A DNA stretch of 63,979 nt, counting the filler, from Porpidia crustulata (Eukaryota), in assembly GCA_964255105.1 (NCBI GenBank). It is 4 parts of 4 records of this genome, joined end to end, with 100 filler letters (N's around TTAATTAATTAA, not from the genome) between each part and the next. Parts side by side here need not be neighbours in the genome. Positions count along the whole stretch, not along the records: positions 48,172 to 63,979 come from CAXUWE010000281.1; 3 more parts are not named here. One strand, written 5' to 3'. Position 1 is the stretch's first letter, and every line of letters begins with the position of its first letter. A program made the position numbers and the translations under genes. Shown here in pieces: positions 51,454 through 63,931 of this stretch. The notes under the pieces are model-generated. The model saw only the letters and a list, made by a program, of their open reading frames with translations, made no database searches and was not told where the DNA came from.

Positions 51454-52524
51454 ATGCGATTCAATACAATGTCGATGAGAATGTTGATTTTAAGCTGTAT
51501 ACTCACCGTGAACCAAGCTGTCACTCTTCCTTTTCAGGCGAGTCCCGGCAATACTACTCGATGTACTGGAAACTATGGCCATTGGACCAGTCTTGCTCCT
51601 ATTGCTGGGGGCGTACGTCAAGAGCATAGTACAGTTGTGCTAGGTAACGATATCTACATCATGGGAGGCATACGTTTAGAACAATCTGTCAGTAACGGAA
51701 CCTCCTTTCCAACATTGAGCAAGGTGGAAGTCTACTCCATTTCTCAGAATCGCTGGCGCACAGCCGCATCATTACCAATTCCGATGAATCACGCAAACGC
51801 TGCTGTCGTTGACGGTAGAATCTACGTTCTTGGTGGATTGGCTGCCGGTAGGGTCTGGGTCGCTTTTCCCGATTGTTATGTTTACAATCCGGAAGTCGAT
51901 CACTGGACAACGTTAGCATCGATGCCCGCGAAACAAGCCCGAGGCAGTGCTGCAATCGGGGTGCACGGGAAAATAGTCTATCTGTCAGGAGGGCTACGCT
52001 CATTGGATGGCTACCCCAATGGTTTGCAAGACACTGTAGGCACCGTCACTTCGTACGATATCAAGACGGGAGTGTGGAAAACGCTAACGAATCTCCCGGC
52101 ATCTCGCGATCACGCTGGAGCTGCTCTCATCGAACATACCATGTACGTACTCGGTGGACGAACGCACGGGCAAGCCAATGTGCAAAATACTATTTACGCT
52201 CTGAACATTCACTCGCCAGAAGCGGGATGGACAAGGAAAGCTGACATGCCGACTGCCCGAGGTGGCCTCGCAACGGGAATTGTTGGCGGCGTGGCGTACA
52301 CTTTTGGTGGCGAAGCGAATCCAGCTCCAGGATCCAAGGGTGTCTACAATCAAACAGAAGCGTATGATACAGTGACGGATACGTGGACGGAATTGGCAAC
52401 TATGTCACTCCCTAGGCACGGAACATCAGCAGCCTCCGTAGACGGTGGTATTTACATTCCTGGTGGATCAACATCTGAGGGTGCTCAGCCTGTGGATACT
52501 TTCACCCTTTTCAAGCCATGCTGA
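51454..52524 (+). CDS. Secreted kelch-repeat beta-propeller protein
   Basis: Signal peptide and about six kelch repeats (IYIMGG, IYVLGG, VYLSGG, MYVLGG, AYTFGG, IYIPGG), most followed by a Y...W pair. Confidence 0.88.
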   Translation: MRFNTMSMRMLILSCILTVNQAVTLPFQASPGNTTRCTGNYGHWTSLAPIAGGVRQEHSTVVLGNDIYIMGGIRLEQSVSNGTSFPTLSKVEVYSISQNRWRTAASLPIPMNHANAAVVDGRIYVLGGLAAGRVWVAFPDCYVYNPEVDHWTTLASMPAKQARGSAAIGVHGKIVYLSGGLRSLDGYPNGLQDTVGTVTSYDIKTGVWKTLTNLPASRDHAGAALIEHTMYVLGGRTHGQANVQNTIYALNIHSPEAGWTRKADMPTARGGLATGIVGGVAYTFGGEANPAPGSKGVYNQTEAYDTVTDTWTELATMSLPRHGTSAASVDGGIYIPGGSTSEGAQPVDTFTLFKPC

Positions 52525-52949
52525 GGGGGAAGACGAGCAGGACAAATTGGCTGAATAGGTGCAATAAGCATATTTTTGTTGATAGGGCTCCGTTTCTTAG
52601 CCATAACCACTACGAAGCGCCTGGCAGAGACACAAATCGTACTCAAAAAACGTAAAGGCATTTCCTACCTACCTCTCTTCTATATCCACGTAGTGTCCCT
52701 GCCTCTTCAGTGCCTCCAAGCATACAATTTTTAGCCTTGTTACCCGTCAACTGGTTCTCAGTGTGTTTTATCCCTTTCCAGCACAGAGTATGTAGCTGCC
52801 TCGCATCTTTTCAACGCAAGGTTCTCTCCCTTTTCTCCTACCTGCCAACCCCCAGGGCCCCGAAGAAATTCTCCTCCTGCCTCTCAGCTACTACCTGGGC
52901 CCTTTTTGTTATGAGACACCAGGTAGACTCAGGCTTATTAATCCAGGCA

Positions 52950-53338
52950 ATGGCTGAGTTCACTCCGGCTGGTATGTTCTATGGATCACCGCTTGGAGGG
53001 GTCATATACGCCAATGAGGTGTGTGAGTTTCTTCGAGATCTCGTCGAGTAATAATATTAAAACGACTTAGGGTACGAAATAACTGTCTGCAAAAGAGACC
53101 GGTGGGTTGAAACGTGAGTTTCCCCCTAACCAGAACGTTGAATTACCACTTTGAGACGTCATAGTGAAGGACGATCATATCTCTAAATCGGGAAGAGTAG
53201 ATCAATCTGATGGCAGCTCAAGTGAAGCGCGCTTTTGAGGTACTTCTTCGGAACCCATCGGTTGATAACAGAAGCGGTAAATCAACACCTACATGGGTTT
53301 TGGTGTCAGCCGCCCAAGAAAAGCACGAAGACGCATAG
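52950..53338 (+). pseudogene. PAS-domain relic of a fungal hybrid histidine kinase
   Basis: MAEFTPAGMFYGSPLGGVIYANEV/WYEIT...VIVKDDH [frameshift] EE*INLMAAQVKRAFEVLLRNP...TPTWVLVSAAQEK. Premature TAG at 53198-53200; no kinase or receiver domain follows. Confidence 0.55.
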
Positions 53339-54060
53339 ATCGTCTCTTTGACAAGAAGTCTCTCGCTGTTCCCCAGATCCTCAGATAAGACTATAATCTC
53401 CTAAGCATACGTATTATCATGTAGTTTATTAACAGAAATCAGGATGTACCTTGATATCACCTATACTCCGGTCTTCATATAGGCTTTCAACACAAATGCA
53501 AAATGACAAAATAACGTTATCCAGTGCTCACTCGATATTTCCTTCTCCCATACATCAAGAAAACCATAACGGTCTTCAAAGCTCTGAACGGAGCATGCAT
53601 AGCGGTGTGGAGGTCCGTAATCAGCAAGCCTAATAGACGCTCCCACAGCTCGCATGCTCTGGCCTCGTATATTTGTTGTTACTAGAGCATGGCAACCTTA
53701 GGCGCTAGTTTCTTATAGCCACGGAAAGCCTTTGTCATGTTTACTTCATGATACTCTGGTCCTCTTAGCTCCTCAATGGGCAACGAGTAGAGCATAGCGC
53801 TCCTGGTTATCACACATGAGATTTATGTACCGGGACTACATGTCACTAGAGTCAAGATGGGTGATATTTCCTTCCCCTTCGAAGGGTCTCACCTGGGATA
53901 CGAATGGCATTCAAGTTTTTCTTCCAGTAGTTTACTCCCCTATCATTAGCTATAGGTCCTCGTACTTACGAATCGTCGAATTCAACTTCTTGTCGTTCTT
54001 GCTTCGAGATTAAGCCCATAGACACAGTTTAGGCGCCATCACCAATCCGAAAGCACCAAA

Positions 54061-55050
54061 ATGCCCGGTCTCCTCAACAAGCAGATCGGCCCGTATGGAT
54101 TAGGTCTCATGGGCATGACCTGGCGTACCATCCGAACTCCCGATGACCAAGCGTTCACCGCCATGAGGGCCGCTTTGGCAGCCGGGGCCAATCTCTGGAA
54201 CGGAGGCGAGTTCTACGGCCCCCGAACATCCAGCTCCTTGCATCTCCTCAACCGATATTTCACCAAATATCCTGCCGACACCGACGCGGTCATCCTCAAC
54301 ATCAAAGGTGGCAACGACAAGGCTCTAGACCCGCACGGAGACGAGGCTTTCGTACGCGCGAGCGTGGAAAATTGCGTCAACATTCTCGGTGGGAAGAAGA
54401 TGATTGATATTTTCGAATGCGCGCGGGTTGATCCGGCGGTACCCGTCGAGAGCACGATCGGCACACTCGCCAAGCTCGTGCAAGAGGGCAAAATCGGCGG
54501 GATCGGCTTGAGTGAATGCAACGCGCAGACGATCAAGAGGGCCGTCAAGGTCCATCCCATTGCTTCCGTCGAGGTGGAACTGTCTTTGTGGGAAACCAAC
54601 TGTCTGAGGAATGGCGTGGCCGACACCTGCGCAGAGCTGGGGATCCCAATCATCGCGTACTCGCCGCTAGGCCAGGGGATGTTGACCGGCCACATCAAGC
54701 GACCGGAGGATATTCCCGACGATGATTTCAGGCGTCAGTTCCCTCGTTTCTTCCCAGAGAATTTTGCAAGGAACATGGAGCTTGTCGATCAGCTCCACGC
54801 GATTGCGAGGAACAAAGGCTGCAAGTCGGCACAGCTTGCTCTTGCCTGGGTGAAGCAATTGGGACAAGAGAAGGATATGCCGACGATAATCCCTCTTCCG
54901 GGAGCTACGGACGCAGCAAGGGTGGTGGAGAATATGCAGCCAGTTTCTTTGAGCCCGTCGGAGCTGTTGGAGATCAACACGGTATTGCGTTCCTTCAACG
55001 TCAGCGGACAGAGGTATCCAGATTTCTTGCAGGGTCAATTGGAGGGTTGA
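54061..55050 (+). CDS. Aldo-keto reductase, pyridoxal-reductase-like
   Basis: GLGLMGMTW, WNGGEFYG, IDIFECARVD, GKIGGIGLSE, IIAYSPLGQGMLTG and AQLALAW; intronless, 329 aa. Confidence 0.9.
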   Translation: MPGLLNKQIGPYGLGLMGMTWRTIRTPDDQAFTAMRAALAAGANLWNGGEFYGPRTSSSLHLLNRYFTKYPADTDAVILNIKGGNDKALDPHGDEAFVRASVENCVNILGGKKMIDIFECARVDPAVPVESTIGTLAKLVQEGKIGGIGLSECNAQTIKRAVKVHPIASVEVELSLWETNCLRNGVADTCAELGIPIIAYSPLGQGMLTGHIKRPEDIPDDDFRRQFPRFFPENFARNMELVDQLHAIARNKGCKSAQLALAWVKQLGQEKDMPTIIPLPGATDAARVVENMQPVSLSPSELLEINTVLRSFNVSGQRYPDFLQGQLEG

Positions 55051-55713
55051 GGTGTCTTTAGACTCGAGATTTGGGTACTATCTAGTAACTCAGGGCACTG
55101 ACATATAATATGGTAATCCAAATATGTCTTTCTCAACAGTGGTGACTGCAATGAGGGTACATCATCTGTAAATTGGTAATTTTAGGATGTCATTCCGGAG
55201 AAGCCGCTGGACAATTTGAATGTGGGTTCCCCTTCAGCTTGATGGAAATTTACAACACGTCCTGGAAATATGACACCCATGGTTGAGGCACGCACAGCAG
55301 CCCCGCGGGATACAATGCTGGCGAAAATAATATGTCCTATAATGTATATTGACGTCTCTACAATAGTGCTCCTAGCTGTCGGCGACAAGCTGAACGGTCT
55401 GACAGAGTATAGGATGTGTATTGAGGAGTTCAATGTACATTAACATATAGTATCTAAACGAATATAGTGAGTGGCTTAGAGTTGTTCGTATAATTTGAAT
55501 ACATCGGAGACATTGCATGATACTCGTGCAGGCCGCTCTACTAAGCACGAAGTCCCTGCTGGTAATGACGGCACTACTCGATCATATCTTTTTCATCTAA
55601 GAGGAAATCAAACATGAGGAAGAAAGAACAGGCTACCGCTCCCTGCCGATCTTGAAAAAACATAGCATAGCTATCGTCTAGATGGTGAAGGAGTCAGTCC
55701 TAGAATAGGTACG

Positions 55714-58700
55714 TCATTCACCAGTGTCGAGCAATCGACATGCCACTCTGAGCTGCTCTGAATTGAAGGCAATCTGTAAAACATTGTCAGCTGTCAGTAC
55801 TAGCCTTGGCGCAGATAAGCTTATCGTACATTTTGTGGAAGGAATGGTTCAAAATGGTTCCCGGGAATTGGTAGCACTTTGACCTGGGCACCAACTAGCC
55901 CCTCCCAACCTTGAACAGCAGAATCGCGAGCCTCTTGATTGCTGAGCCATGGGTAGCGAACTCCACACGCAGCTTCGGTGTCGAGGGTCCCTTGGCTCCG
56001 GAGGTAAACCGTTCGAAGCCTGGTGCTTTTTGAGGCGTCAAAGTCTTCTGGATTGAACTCTGTCAACAAGTCTGCATGCTTCTTAAACTCCATGATTATG
56101 TCGCGCGTCCCGACTTTGAGGTTTGAGAAAAGTGTGTTGATAACATGGGCTACCACGCGTTCTGGAAGTGCCTCATGGTTTCGAGGATAGGGTGAATCGA
56201 TTAATACAAGGCCTTTGACTGGGAAGCCGGCTTTTAAGAGATACTGAGCCGCTTGGAACGCAACAACCCCACCGAAGGACCAACCTATAGTTAATAAGCG
56301 TTAATTCAAATGTTGCCAAGGTGAAACTTACCGCCGATAATTAGATCGTGAGCACCTGAGCTTAAAAGACACGAAGCGTAGTCAGCCGCCATCTGCTCCA
56401 GATTAGCCATCTTCATGGACTTGCCAGGAAAATCAGGATCAAAAAATCCGAGAATTTTGCGATCGGGTTGGTGGATTTTTTTGTACATGTTGACCAGCCC
56501 GCTGCCATCGTGGATAAGATATAGTGGTGGGTTCGGATTATTGGAAGCATGTAAGAGCACTGGATTCTTCTTTAGAGAATTGACCATGACTTTTGATATG
56601 CTTGTTTGTATGATCTCCGCATTGGTAGAGAATGATACTTTTCCAGGAGAGAAAGACTCTCCGGGGTTACTGTGTTTCCGATTCGGCTGGAACCTGTGCT
56701 CGAGAAGATCCTCAATATCTTGAAGGGTCTCATACGATAGTAAATCAAGATGATCAAGATTGGTCCTGGGAAATGCGTCCTTCAACTTCGTAGCAATCTC
56801 GATTTGCATTAGAGAATCAACACCAAGTGAGTCTAGCGGCTTTGAATAGTCGAGGTCTTGGGAACCGTAGACCTCACCAATCACTGCATTTATAGTATCT
56901 CGAACCCGAATAGAAGCACTGCCATCTAGTTTAGGGGTCAAAGGGCTTAGCTCAGGCGTCACTGAGCCTGATAGAGTCAAGGCTGGAGTTGAAATTGCCG
57001 AGGCGACAAAGTTCTCCAATGCTTCAAGTGACTCGCATTGTAGTAGGTCGCTTGGACTCATGTCGGTTTCGGGAAAGACCTCTCTTAGCTTTGAGGTGAT
57101 CTCGATCTGCATCAAAGAGTCGATGCCAAGTGATTCCAGTGATTTCGTCGGATCAATATCCTGGGAGCCATAGATCTCCCCAACTGTGTTATTTACCAAG
57201 TCCCGAACTCTGGCACGGGTGTGCACTGCTAGATGCGGAGCGCCAACCGCAGCATGGACCGATTCCTGGTGTTTAGGTCCCGATTTAGAGGAAGGCACGG
57301 AAGGGTACGACACTATGTCGGGACCCCTTTTTGTGTTGGCTGGGCGTGTAGTAGCGTTCATGAGAAGCCTCTGGAAAGAAGCTAGGCGAAGTTTTTTGAA
57401 CTCGATACCCCTGATGACGGCACAGGCTTCTTCATTAGAATCCAACGCGATTGCATCCGCAATTATGACACCACTGGAGTTGTCAAAAAGAGTGCAGTAT
57501 ACGGTGAAGTCTCCACTGAAATTGATGTCATCAAGAACTTCCACAGAATCTACGTGCCCGCAAATACAGATTTCGTCGAATGATACACTCAGATTTGCAG
57601 CAAATCCAGCCGCATGTAACAGCGTATCAGTAAACACAGGAGGTATTAAGCATCCGTTCGTCTGAGCGGTAGAGGGTAATCTGAATGATCCAAAGCCCTC
57701 GTCGGCAGAATCGGACAGACTAAATTTCGTCAGGCTTTGATAGTCTACGGAATAAGTCACCACTCGAGCGAAGATGGTCGTATAAAGAAGATTTTTGTGG
57801 AAAGTGTTGTGAGCAACGTTGCCATGTTTGAAATGCCGTCTCTGTCGATTCGCAAGTGCAGCATCTTTAAGCAGCCGTCGCCTCACTTGGGAGCAGTCTC
57901 GCACAACAAGATTAGTACTGCAACATTGAATTTCCTTGTCCCCTTGAATTGTGGAGATTGTAACTTTCATATCTGATGCGGTTCCAAGTTTAGTGCTTGT
58001 TGGAAATAGACATATGCGGATTAGCTGATTTTTGTTTTCAGAGTCGTATATCAGAGGATTTGAGAAGCTTATGTCCCGGCCAACCAGCAAGCTAATAGTT
58101 GTATCCGGAATGATGGCATGGGCAGCTTCTAGCGCAAGTTCAAAGAAGACCGACGCAGGACAAATCGCAGTTCCTCCAACATTATGGCCTGTAATATATG
58201 GATCAAGGATTGCCATTGTGGTCTCGAAAATAAGACCCGTATTCTCGACTATAGAGGCAGATTTCAAGCGTCTTGGCAGGAGTGTGAAACCGGTATCGCT
58301 GTACGATGGCGAATCTTGCTCAGAGGTCAAAGTAACTGGATGGGATTCTTCGTGAGGCACCGCAAAAGGCGTGTTAAATAACGGATGTCCTGGAAGATCG
58401 ACCATGCTCATGTGTGGTTCGAAGACACGGCGCCAGTCGACGACATTTCTATGCATGAATAAACAGGTGAGAATGGCATAGAGCGTAGTCCATGAGTCCT
58501 TGTCTTTCTGTATTGAAGGAAAAAAATCACATGTATCGCTGGCCACATCTTGTATCATGGGAAGTGTTGTTGGATGAGGGCCTACCTCGATACACACAGC
58601 GCCGTCGAGAGCCCCTATGTTCTGTAAGTTCTGAACAATGTCGGTGAAATGCACGGGTTGCCTGGCATGTCTTGCGAAATAGTCGGGCCCAAAATCCTCA

Positions 58701-61700
58701 GGTGTCAGGAAACGGCCAAGATGATTTGATGCGACCGGGATTAAGGGCGTACACCAAAGTACAGATTGGCCAAGTTCTTCCAATCGTCTGAGGATAGGAT
58801 CCATGGCCTCTGAGTGAAATCCATAGGGCACGGCCAATCTCTTGGTCTTGATCCTTAGGTTTGAACATAGCTTCTGAAAAGTAGCAAGCTGAGGTAAGAC
58901 ACCCGCGACCACACAAGAATCCTCACTGTTCTCGCATGCAACACTCAAACCCGATAACTGAACGTCTCTTTCAATCATAATGTTAGCCTTGGACGCAGAC
59001 AATTTGCATGCTATCATGCTGGATGACTCATGCAGGCAGTATTCCACCATCAAACGAGCTCGATTGGCAACGATGGACAATGCATCCTCCAGAGCTACCG
59101 CGCCTGAGACGACAAGGGCAGCGTACTCGCCCAAGCTTGAAATCAGTCAGCTATTATGCCATACAAGAGAACACTACAACGTACCTATGTCCTAAAACGT
59201 AATCAGGTATAATATTCCACGACATAAGAAGCTGTGCTAAAGAGTATTCCAATACGAAGCAGGCACATTGCGAGGCAACAACGTCATTGACTTCAGAAGC
59301 TGATCGAGGCAGGAGGTCCCCAGAAATGTAGTCGATAATGCTATCAAAACCTAGTCCTTCTAACATGGTATCGCATTGTGTGACTGAAGCTTTGAAGATA
59401 GAGGAGGTTTGCAGCAAATCCTTTCCCATCCCAGAGTAGAGACTACCTTGGCCAGAGAAGACAAAAACGATGGAACGCCTTTTGCTGACGAACTTTGAAT
59501 CGGTCAGATTGGCCTTCGCCAGTTCCGTTTTTAGATCCTCGGATGTCGAGCACGTGATCGATATACGATGGTCGTATAGCTGTCGTCGTGCAGTTGACGT
59601 ATAACAAATATCTTTCAAGCGAGATGCAGAAGGCTCACTCGCCAGGAATTGTTTGTGTTGTAAAACTGACAAGGCCAAAGCCTTTTCAGTCCTTGCTGAG
59701 AGGTTGAACAAATACGTAGCGCGATCTTTTATCCCAGTGTTCATGATCTTGGGTTCCATCCTCTCTTCAAGTACTAAGGCTGCATTCGAGCCCGCGGCCC
59801 CGAAATTGTTCAGTAAAGCTCGCCTAGGGGATGAAGCTCTAGATTCCCATGGAATAGACCTTCTGGGGATGATAATATTACCTTTCTCGAGGTCACCCAA
59901 TTGTGGATTTAACGTCTGGAGGCTAGCCTGCATAGGTATTTCGTTCATTCGTAGCATAAGCAATAGCTTTGCTAGCCCTGCTGAACCAGAAGATGCCTCG
60001 CAATGGCCAATGTTTCCTTTCACCGAGCTGACAATAAGCGGCTTCGCCACCGAGTGTGCTCTTTCAAAAACGGCACGCAAAGTGCTGATCTCGCGAATGT
60101 CTCCTGCCTAAGAAGGTTTCTTTTAGCAGCTTTCCGAATCTAATTTCGTACACACAGCTTACCTGTGTCCCTGTTCCATGAGCCTCAACGACATCTACAG
60201 ACTTCGGGTCAATACTGTTCTTGCTGAGAAGATGACGGATTAACTCTATCTGTGTTTCACTGTGGGGGTGCGTGATTGAATGGGCGTTGCCGCTTTGATT
60301 CACTTCTATTCCCCTGATCACACCATGGATCCGGTCGCTTTCTGCAATCGCATCTGAAAGCCGCTTGAGGACAAAGACGCCGCATCCTTCAGCTCGACCA
60401 TAGCCGTCCGCGTTCTCGTCGAAGGGTTTACAGCCGTTGGTATGGCTGAGGAAATGTCCTCTGTCAAGGCCTAGATACATCTACAAACTGTTAGTAGAAA
60501 GCTTTTGACAGTGCAGTGACAGACTTACATCAGGACTACTGATGGCGTTAGCACCACCTGCTATGGCCGCTGTACAGTCACCAGTTTGCAATGACCGGCA
60601 CGCTTGATATATGGCGACCATGGATGATGAGCATGCGGTATCAATCGTCATAGAAGGCCCACTAAATTTATATACGTATGACACTTTACCACTATGAAAT
60701 GCTCGTAATGTGCCTTAGTGGTGTTTAGCTGAGAATACTCCAATGGAGAGTAAGAACTCTGGATGACTGACCTGGACTGTAGTAAACATCAATGTTGTCC
60801 TTCAGATTGTCGGTATAGTCGCCCGTGGCAAGACCCATATAACAACCAACTGAACGTCTCTGAAAAGAAGGCGTAGCATCGGCCACGTACCCAGCATCCT
60901 CAAGAGCGGCTTGCGAGGCACTAAGAATGATTCTCTGTTGTGGGTCCATGGATCGAGCTTCTCGGGGAGACAAATTGAAAAAGGAAGCGTCGAATCCCCA
61001 GACGTCGTCGAGGAAAGCACCTTTGCTCGAAGCCATTGTGCAAGGTTTCCCAACAACGGTTGGCTCATAGTACTGGGAAACATCAAATCGACTTGCCGGA
61101 AACTATTTGAGAAGCTTGTCAGTTCTTGTGAGAGTAGTTTTGATTTATACATACCTCCGACACCGCGTTTAACCCCATTGACAAAGTCTCCCACAACTGA
61201 GCTTGGCCATTACCCCTGGGGAAGTTCACCCCCATTCCAACTATAGCGATGTCCATTGGCTGGATTGTGGCCGCTTCTCCAGATTTGAATGCTGATCGAT
61301 CTGTGAATGTCACTGCCGAATCTCGGTTTAGGTTCTTCAACTCAGCAAAAAGGGAGTCGGAACTAGGCCCAAAGGAGACGATCTCTATTGGTTGGCCTCT
61401 CGTCTGTTCCAGGCTGTTTTGGATGGCTAAAGATATACCACTGGAGGTCTTGACCCAGTCCATCGGATGAATCAGTAAATGGCGGACCAGCAGCATGGTA
61501 TAGCTTGATAACCCTATGGTTTTCTCACTAATAATCAAGCCATCACTCGAGGATCTAACAGACATTCTCAAATCTTCGAATTCGGGAAACCTGATATTTC
61601 TTCTCTTGACGTCTCTTATAACTTCGTTCAGCGAACTCTCCAGGTGTTCGCCTCCGTGGTACCATGCATTGACATCTGCAAATTTGGTTACTGGCGCAGA

Positions 61701-62408
61701 CACAAGCCGTTGCCTGAACTCTTCTAGCTGTAGTTCTGGCCCGGTGAGCGAGATCATCTTGGTGCTTGAGATAGCAGAGATTCGAATATATTGTTTGTTA
61801 GGCGTTGTATGGTATTCTTGAAGTTGTTTCTGTACTGCTGCTAAACTGAGACCAATGACAACTAGGGACCAAGAGGCCCCCTGCCGGTGGATAGGATCCA
61901 GCTCTTGACTCTTCAGGAAAGACCTGCAGCCAATCCAGAATGCGAGACGAAAGGCTTCGACGCCGAAAGCGATAAAATCGATCAAGCTAGGTGAACATGC
62001 TACAACGGAAGCGCTTAATAGTCCAGAGCAGAAGCCAGTGACCTCAATTACCTCTTCTGACCAGACGTTGAAGCCCTGCTCATATTCTTCGGTTTCTGCA
62101 GCATATCGAAGAAGTTGTAAGAGTGTGATAACAACTAGTTGAATGAGACTACGACCTTGGAGCGAGTTATCAGGAGCCAGAAGGTTTTGAGATTCACTAA
62201 GCTTCGATATATCGATTCCAAGTCGATCCTTTGTGCGTCGATCGAGGCTTTGATATTCTTCCACTAGTACAGCATGACAACGAGAAACGAGCGTCAATCC
62301 TGCTGATGAGGTCCGTACATCCTCTTTTGCGGCTGACAGCGCAGATGAGGAGAAGAGACTTGAGGATCCTTGCCCGCCAAACAATATCACTCGTGACTTG
62401 GCACCCAT
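55714..62408 (-). CDS. Non-reducing iterative type I PKS, SAT-KS-AT-PT-ACP-ACP-TE (7 introns)
   Basis: [58 protein letters not shown]...DTLLH; two ACPs (GIDSLM, GVDSLM); TE GWSFGG...GNHF. All exons join in frame; no C-methyltransferase domain is visible. Confidence 0.95.
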
Positions 62409-63096
62409 CCTGCAGTGTCGAGAACCAAGGGTACTAGAGGCTGTGAAGGCACGAAGCACATAAAGAACTTCTGAAAAACGCTTGACATTTCAACTGTCGA
62501 ACCCGACAACTGCTTGAAAGTAAAACGAAGAAGACAAGTCAGATCCACGAGACCTCATCACCACACATAACGGGGGCCGAAAAGTACAATGGATATGCCT
62601 CCCACTAGATTTGTCTTCTTTGACCTGAGACCGGAGTTCATAACTCGCTGGGGGCTGTTCACCATTTGCTGAGATTCTCAATATTGAATTCGCAAGAGAG
62701 GATTTTATCAAAGACTCTCACTGGACTACCTATGACTTCAAGACCCAACATTCGAGGACGGGCATATCTTGAAGCCCAACTGGTCTAAAGTCCTCGGATT
62801 GTAGTGAACTTATACTGAGACCGCCAGTTCGGAAGTTAACAATGTCTGTCAACCGATAGCTATAGATTAGGGAAAGACGGAGCGACAGAAGAGGCTTTTC
62901 TTTACTGTCTGGCTGGACAGTCATGGGCGTTGTCATCTTTTTCGTATATACTCCGGTCCAGGACCGATTATGACGACGGATACCGGAAGACAGATAAGTA
63001 AGCAAAGAGGCTGATTTCAGAAGCCGCGAAGCTTTCATTCAGCAGTCTACCCTTAGCAGCTGTTAATGTACGTTTTCATACATTGACACCACCATC

Positions 63097-63931
63097 ATGA
63101 AATCTCTTCAGTTCGGTTTTCGCCGACCTGTGTTTGATCTCATTTTAAATGAAACAGATTCAACAAGGGACTCAATCAGGAATCTTCCGGACTTAATCTT
63201 GTACAATGCCATACACAATCCTGAGGGAGTGTTCTCTGCTCAAGCTAGAAAAAAATCAGAGCAAGGCAAAGAATTCGAGATCGTTGACGTATCATTTCTT
63301 AAGCTCGCATTGAGCGTTGAACGATGCTGCGCCTGGATTCTGGGTAACATCAACGGAGCTCATGAAGCCCGCATCGAAAACAATGGCTTCGTGCAGAAAT
63401 GCAACCCAGTTGCACTGCTCCTGGAAAGCGACCTCACCCTGTTTGTATACCTTGCGGCGCTACTCACGCTCAATATCCCGGTCAGTGCTTATTTCTTACA
63501 TTGAGAAACTTGAGCGAATACTAACGCAGACCAATAAAGTGTCTGCTTCTTTCTATTAGACTAAACCCGCAAGCCATACGTCACCTTCTTCACGAAAATG
63601 GATGCGATTCGATCCTAGTGTCACCCCGAACACGCTCATCTATATGGGAGGCTTGGGGTGACAAAGTCACATTCAAAGCTGCAATCCATTCTACTGATGC
63701 CGTAGCTTTCACCCACTTTTTAGCAGGACACACAAACGAGGAGATCGCATTCTCTAGGCTTGAGAGTAGTAAGACTACAGTGCAAGACCACGAGAGGAGT
63801 GTGATTATCCTGCACAGTTCAGGAACGACAGGTTAGCCTACAATCGAGGGACGGAGGTGCACTGAGAGCTTACACTTGATAAAGGGCTGCCTAAATCCAT
63901 TCCTCTTCCTCATCGCTACCTCCTTGGATAG
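63097..63931 (+). CDS. NRPS-like adenylation-domain gene, 5' part, interrupted by a stop at the start of a putative transposon end
   Basis: Exons 63097-63480, 63540-63831 and 63885 onward: VALLLESD, P/CLLLSIRL, ILHSSGTTG/LPK (A3 P-loop), then HRYLLG*. Divergent from the PKS. Confidence 0.85.
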
